Source: the human T2T-CHM13v2.0 reference genome, Homo sapiens
Direction: 5' to 3' (one strand)
Assembly (NCBI RefSeq): GCF_009914755.1
Contig: NC_060930.1
Length of the DNA: 64,000 nt
Shown: positions 52,761-64,000 of the stretch, one piece after another
Position numbering within the stretch: position 1 is the stretch's first letter
Layout of the letters: each line of letters opens with the position of its first letter
Made by a program: the position numbers and the translations under genes
The notes under the pieces: model-generated
Database searches by the model: none
Told to the model about the DNA's origin: nothing
What the model saw: the letters and a program-made list of their open reading frames with translations, nothing else

Positions 52761-53771
52761 GATCTGTATTCTGTTTCACTGGTTGATTTGACTAGCCTTG
52801 TGCCTTTACCATGCTGTCTTAATTACCATAATTTTAAAGTAATTGTAAATCTTAGTTAGCTCCTCTTCTCCCCCTCCTTTTCCTTTTCTTTTTTCTTTTA
52901 CATTGTCATATATTCTTGGCCCTTTCAGGAAAATTTTTTATTTTGTTTAAGTTTTCAAACATACTGGCATACAATATTTCACAGTATAGCTCTTTTTCAT
53001 TCAAAGTATTATTTATTATACCTTGCCTTTCTTTTTTGCCCAGTTCTATACAGGTTTATCTATTTTATTAGTGCTCTTAAAGAACCAACATTGGGTTTTG
53101 TTGATTCTTTTCCTTATTTCCTATTTTACTAAATTCCTGTCTTCTCTTTATTATTTTCTTCCTCCTGCTCCTTTGGATTTATTCTATTTTTTTCCTAACT
53201 ACTTGAAATGAATGTTTAACTCACTAATCTTTTTCTTTTCTAAAAAAATGTATTTAAAGCTAATATAGTATTTTACTTCTAACTCCTGTTTCACCTTTAC
53301 AATTTTTTGATATTTAGTGTTTTGAAGTGTACCAGTCAGGTATTGTGTAGAATGTCCCTCAATTTGGGTTTGTCTGATATACAGTATTTTAAAAGTTAAT
53401 CATTTCTAAATATTTTATAATTTCCTTTATCATTTTTCCTTTGACCCACGAATTATTCAGAAGTACGTTTTCAACTTTCTAAACATCGTTTTTCAAGTTG
53501 TCTTTCTGTTACTGATTTTTAATTAAATTGCAATGTGGAAAAAAAACTGTGGTGTGTCCGATGTGACTTCGTAAAATCTTAGATTTACTTTGTGGTCTAG
53601 TACATGGCTAATTCTTATGAATGTCTTATGTGTGCCTCAAAAGAATGTATATTCTCTAATTTGGGGGATGTATGGTTCTATATATATTTATTAGATCAAA
53701 ATTGCCAATTGTATTATTCGAATATTTATATGCTTACTAATTACTGGGAGATGTTTGTTAAATTCTCCTGC

Positions 53772-54146
<375 letters not shown>

Positions 54147-54428
54147 TCATCATGTACATCATCTTAGAAATTATATCTTCCTGGTAGATTGAACCTTTCA
54201 TCATTATGTATTACTGTTCGTTATTCTTAACAATGTTTTTGCCCTAAAGTCTATGTTGTCTGATGTCAAGTAACTATAACACCTTTACATTGTCTACTAT
54301 TTCCTTAGTATCATGTCACTTTCTATTTTTCTGGTCTCTTGTAAATAACATAATAGATTTTTAAAAGATTCAGTGTCCTTAACTGGCAGTGCGTATTTTA
54401 ACTGGCAGATTTACATGACTCCCATTAA

Positions 54429-54840
<412 letters not shown>

Positions 54841-55059
54841 TCTGCTCCAGTTTTCTAAGAATGGATAGATTATTTCATTTCCCCCACCAGCTATCCCAAC
54901 TGATTTGGTTTGGAGGTTATATATACATTAAATTTTTATCCTTTTATGTCTCTTAAATTTTAGACAAGCATACCAGATTTAATAATCTCTAAAATTAATA
55001 ATTATATATTCCTTCTCCTGACCAATATAAAAGACCTTAACACATTTTTGCAATTAAAA

Positions 55060-55541
55060 ATAGTTTTGACACATAATATTTGTACATACTTATGGAGTAC
55101 ATGTGATATTTTATTACATGCATAGAATGTACAATGATCAAGTCAGAGTATCCCTCGCCTCAAGTATTTGTTGTTTCTATGTACTGAAAACATCTCATGT
55201 CCTCTCTTTAAGCTATTCTAAAATACACAATACATTGTTATTAACTGTAGTCCCCTACTCTACCAACAAACATTAGAACTGATTCCTTCTATCTAACTGT
55301 ATATTTGTACCCTTTAACCAGTCTCCCTTTATCCCTTCACCCTCCCAACCCCAAACACACACAAAACCTTCCCAGCCTCTGATGCCTATTTCTTTACTCT
55401 CTACCTCCATGAGATCAACTTTTTAAGCTCCCAATTATGAGTAACAACATATGATATCTGTCTGTCTGTGCCTGGCTTATTTCACTTAACATAATGACCT
55501 CCAGTTCCATCCATGTTGCTGCAAATGAAAGTATTTCATTC
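55060..55541 (-). mobile_element. L1MA 3' UTR fragment
   Basis: 'ttgtacatacttatggagtacatgtgatatt...ttcacttaacataatgacctccagttccatccatgttgctgcaaatga'. Confidence 0.8.
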
Positions 55542-59991
<4,450 letters not shown>

Positions 59992-60510
59992 GTAACATTC
60001 TATTTCTTAGGCTGCGTGATGAATATGTGACTGTTCCTGCTCACCAAACTTTATATATATTGTATTTATGTTCTTTTGCACATATGGAATATTGGTTTTT
60101 TAAAAGTTTCACACATCTTAACACTGTTTTTATGAAAACCAGAAAGATGGTAAGCCTCTGAAAGTATAAAACCTTTTATGATTATGTTGAATGCTGATAT
60201 CCTCTGTAGACAGCTTGGTCTCACCAGTTGTCTCTGTTTACTCTGTGTTAGTTTGTCAGTTTCCACCTACGCTATGCCTTACTGCTTCACAATTTTATCC
60301 CTAGGTAATCTAATTCAATTAGAGCATCAACATCACAGACTATCACAAAATCATTACTGATATGCTTTCAAACTCTTTGGGAAAAAAAGGCTGGGATCAG
60401 CACTCAGAATTCCTTTTCTACAGACACATTTATAAACGGATTTGTTAAACAGATTATTTCTGTCTCCAACATATTTTCTAAGTTGCTAATATCTAGCAAC
60501 TTTAGTTGCT

Positions 60511-60512
<2 letters not shown>

Positions 60513-60571
<59 letters not shown>

Positions 60572-60616
60572 TGTGTATATATATACGTGTATATATGTGT
60601 ATATATATATATACAC

Positions 60617-60650
<34 letters not shown>

Positions 60651-60654
60651 GTGC
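60513..60654. repeat. Compound (TA)n/(CA)n/(TG)n microsatellite
   Basis: About 22 TA units, then (CA)n, mixed core, (TG)n, (TA)n. Confidence 0.95.
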
Positions 60655-60949
60655 TGGTGAATAGCATACTATTCTTTCTACTTTGATCTCGACATAATTA
60701 TTCATTAATGTTTATTAGTCAAAGTATGGATCTACAAAACGAGCCAAACAGAGACACAACCAGACACACTCCACACACTCACATGTATGTATATATATCA
60801 GTGATATATATGCATATGGATACGTGTATATCAGTGAAATCTACCCCAAGTCCTAAATTTCCTTTCAAGAAACAGCTTTTACTAGAAATCAACTAGCAAT
60901 TTGATAATCAACTCTACTATCTAATTCATAAGGCAAAACATCAAAAGAA

Positions 60950-61282
<333 letters not shown>

Positions 61283-61289
61283 TTAATTC

Positions 61290-61412
61290 TTTTTTTGTTT
61301 GTTTGTTTATAAAGACAGGGTCTCTACATGGCCCAGACTCCTGGGCTCAAGCAATCCTCCCACCTTGGCCTCTCAAAGTGCTAGGACTACAGGCATGAAC
61401 TACCATGCCTGG
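61290..61412 (-). mobile_element. Alu left monomer (FLAM-like)
   Basis: TSD TCTCTTAATTCT. Confidence 0.85.
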
Positions 61413-61634
61413 ACTTCTCTTAATTCTGATTCCTACTTTTTGCTAATAAGTCAAATTAACAGTATAATAACCAAATGATGCTGACACCTGGAAAGAAGAA
61501 GAAAAGGACCTAAGGCACAAGCCCAGTGGATTTACCTTCTGTAAATCACCAAGATGAGGCAATCATTCTAGCACTGTCCCACTTAATAGCCAAATCAGTA
61601 CTTCAATCTGATCTAAACTGACAGCCAGAGATTC

Positions 61635-61756
61635 AGAATGTGAGTTTCATAAGGGCAGGAACTTTTTTTTTTTTTCTGCAGCTGTATTCCCACCGCCAAG
61701 AAACAATGCCTAGCACATGGTAGGCGCTCAATAAATATTTGCTGAGTAAATGAATC
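61635..61756 (+). mobile_element. L2 3' terminal fragment
   Basis: 'tgcctagcacatggtaggcgctcaataaatatttgctgagtaaatgaat'. Confidence 0.8.
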
Positions 61757-62154
61757 AAAGATAGAAAACGATGCCTATGTAAGGTTGTGGTGCTTAACCT
61801 TGCTTAACATAGTTCTTTACGGAAAGCTAGGAAAATCTAAAAGTTACTGAATAAAGCAGAAAAAAATTGCTTTATCAGTGGAAGTTTTCTTAGAAAAGTA
61901 AAATATGATCAATCTCTGGGTCTTGACCTAAACATTAAAAAGAAAATAAATATGCCCATGGTAGAAGAGTTGCTATCTAAGCACTACCCACACCTTCTGT
62001 TCTCTCAACTTCTCCCCTAAAAGTCTGCCCCACATGCAGAAAGTTTGGTCACTCATGGTAGACTAAAATATTGTTTGATGGAGAAAACATTTTGAGGGGC
62101 AAAAGTGAGAAGAAGAATGCAGATAACAATGTAGCTTTTAAAGACTATAAAAGG

Positions 62155-62467
62155 TTATTGTTTTTGTTTGTTTTGTTTGTTTTTGAGATACAGTCTCACT
62201 CTGTTGCCCAGGCTGGAGTGCAGTGGCACGGTCTCAACTCACTACAACCTCCAACTCTCAGTTTCAAGCAATTCTCCTGCTCAGCCTCCCGAGTAGCTGG
62301 GACTACAGATGCACGCCACCACACCGGGCTAATTTTTTTTTGTTTTTAGTAGAGATGGGGTTTCACCATGTTGGCCAGGCTGGTCTCGAACTTGTGACCT
62401 CAAGTGATCCACCTGCCTCAGCCTCCCAAAGTGCTAAGATTACAGGTATGAGCCACCATGCCTGACC
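62155..62467 (-). mobile_element. Alu (AluS-like)
   Basis: 18-bp TSD TTAAAGACTATAAAAGGT. Confidence 0.95.
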
Positions 62468-64000
62468 CTTAAAGACTATAAAAGGTCTTTTATGCCCGAG
62501 GGGGAGAAATGTCTGCTTTAGTCACACTTACAGTAGTTGTGACAGAAGATGTTTGTATCAAATGTCACCACTGGTTTACTAATATACATAGGCCAAATCC
62601 TCCATTTCAGCAGGGAATAATTGTGTTATGAATTTTTCTTTCTAGAAACACAAACCTCAGCCTACCTAGTTGGACTGCCTTAAACAATTACTCAATGGTT
62701 TGAATAAGTTCTGTGGTCTTTCTTACTGGGAAAAATTAGAGAGTGATTCTATATCTGAATGCAGCACACAGAAGGTTCCACACTGTTTTTCTTCCCAGAG
62801 GAACTGGGCCACTCCCCATTTTGAATGTTCATTATCGTCTTTCATATGCGTCTGATAAATTTATTAAAAACACCATCTGGATGGGACTGAGCTTTCTGCT
62901 CTATTTCTAGTCTTCCAGTTTCCTCCCTTGTCCCACTGGAATTTCTGTCCCAATTTGTGTCACTTTGTTTACAAAACCATGCTGCCAAAACCCAGTGTCT
63001 TGTATCTGTCTCTTTCTGGTGTTCCTTTGCCATCCCTCACCTACATCCCTATTACAACAGCCTGTGCTAGGAGCAAAAGGCAAAGGTGAACCGCCTGGAC
63101 AGAAATTACTTTTCCCCCTCTGTGCACATAGCAATTCTGCTCAGACAAATTTAATTTGCTGCTTCTGAATGCAAAAGTTGCATGTTAACAAAGTGTATAC
63201 ATTCTGCAAAGTGTATGAATATTGGAATGACTCAGACTGCAGGGAACTGCAGAAAAAGTGATCTGAAAACAATTTTACTGCTCTCTGTTCTTACAAAGCA
63301 CCAGGGGTGGCCAACGACTTGCCTCTAAATTTAATTCAGGAGTAATAAATTTTTTAAAAGGCAGTATTACTTCAGTAGGACATGACCTGAGGGCCACCTG
63401 TACCAGCTATATTTAAAGATAAGACTGACATGTTATTTAACTGTCTCCAGAGATCACTTTTGAGAGGTGGAGGAAAAAGACCCACTTGAAGCAGATTTTG
63501 TAAAAGGAAATAACACTTAGCAGTTACAGAGGACTGTCATCTTCAAACACTGTGCTCTGCTGGGCTTTATTCAATGTTTCCCTGGCTGTTTTCATTACAA
63601 AATTGTTTTCTAACAGCACAGTGGTTCATGCAGCAAGCAAATGGTTAATAATCTCTGAGTAGATCATTCTCTATTGCCAAGATTTTCATAGAGATACAAA
63701 GATTTCCTGTTTAAGAAGATAACTATTAGCTTAAGGTCCTACCTAGAGGTCTTCCCACAGACCTATCACTTCTTTTTTTAAAGGAGGAAACACACCAGTG
63801 GCCTAGCCCCAGGCCTACACAGGAATTTGTTGCTGATCAGGCAAGCTTCTAACCCAACTGTAATCCAACCTTCTGTCAAATTATTCAAGAGGAAAAAATA
63901 TCCACAGCTGTTCTGTCTTAACAGCTGTAAAAGAACAATAGCTAATTAGAGAACAAGCCCATCTTTCTTGGAAACTATCAAAAAGCTGTAAAAATGTATT

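Overview
Primate (most likely human) genomic DNA lying inside the minus-strand gene BTBD9. There are two coding exons: a 190-nt exon at 44958-45147 and a 108-nt exon at 13106-13213, which the ORF track does not show in its true frame. They splice in frame across a 31,744-bp GT-AG intron to give VPMENVAT...PYMIGSIR|LLLWDCDDRSYSYYVEVSTNQQQWTMVADRTKVSCK. Everything else is intron, dense in repeats: about 29 Alu/FLAM copies, three multi-kb L1PA insertions (two 5'-inverted/twin-primed), older L1M, L2, MIR and CR1/L3 remnants, MaLR/ERVL solo LTRs, MER58, MER44 and Tigger3 DNA transposons, and microsatellites. I found no evidence for a new gene or a prokaryote-type system. The most interesting patterns concern the L1s: two independent insertions invert at almost the same ORF2 position, one carries a short 3' transduction and a template-switch hairpin, one lacks target-site duplications, and the three share apparently non-consensus variants in a mosaic that suggests local gene conversion. 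Repeat subfamily names are from recognition of consensus motifs, not from a search, and boundaries of old repeats are approximate.
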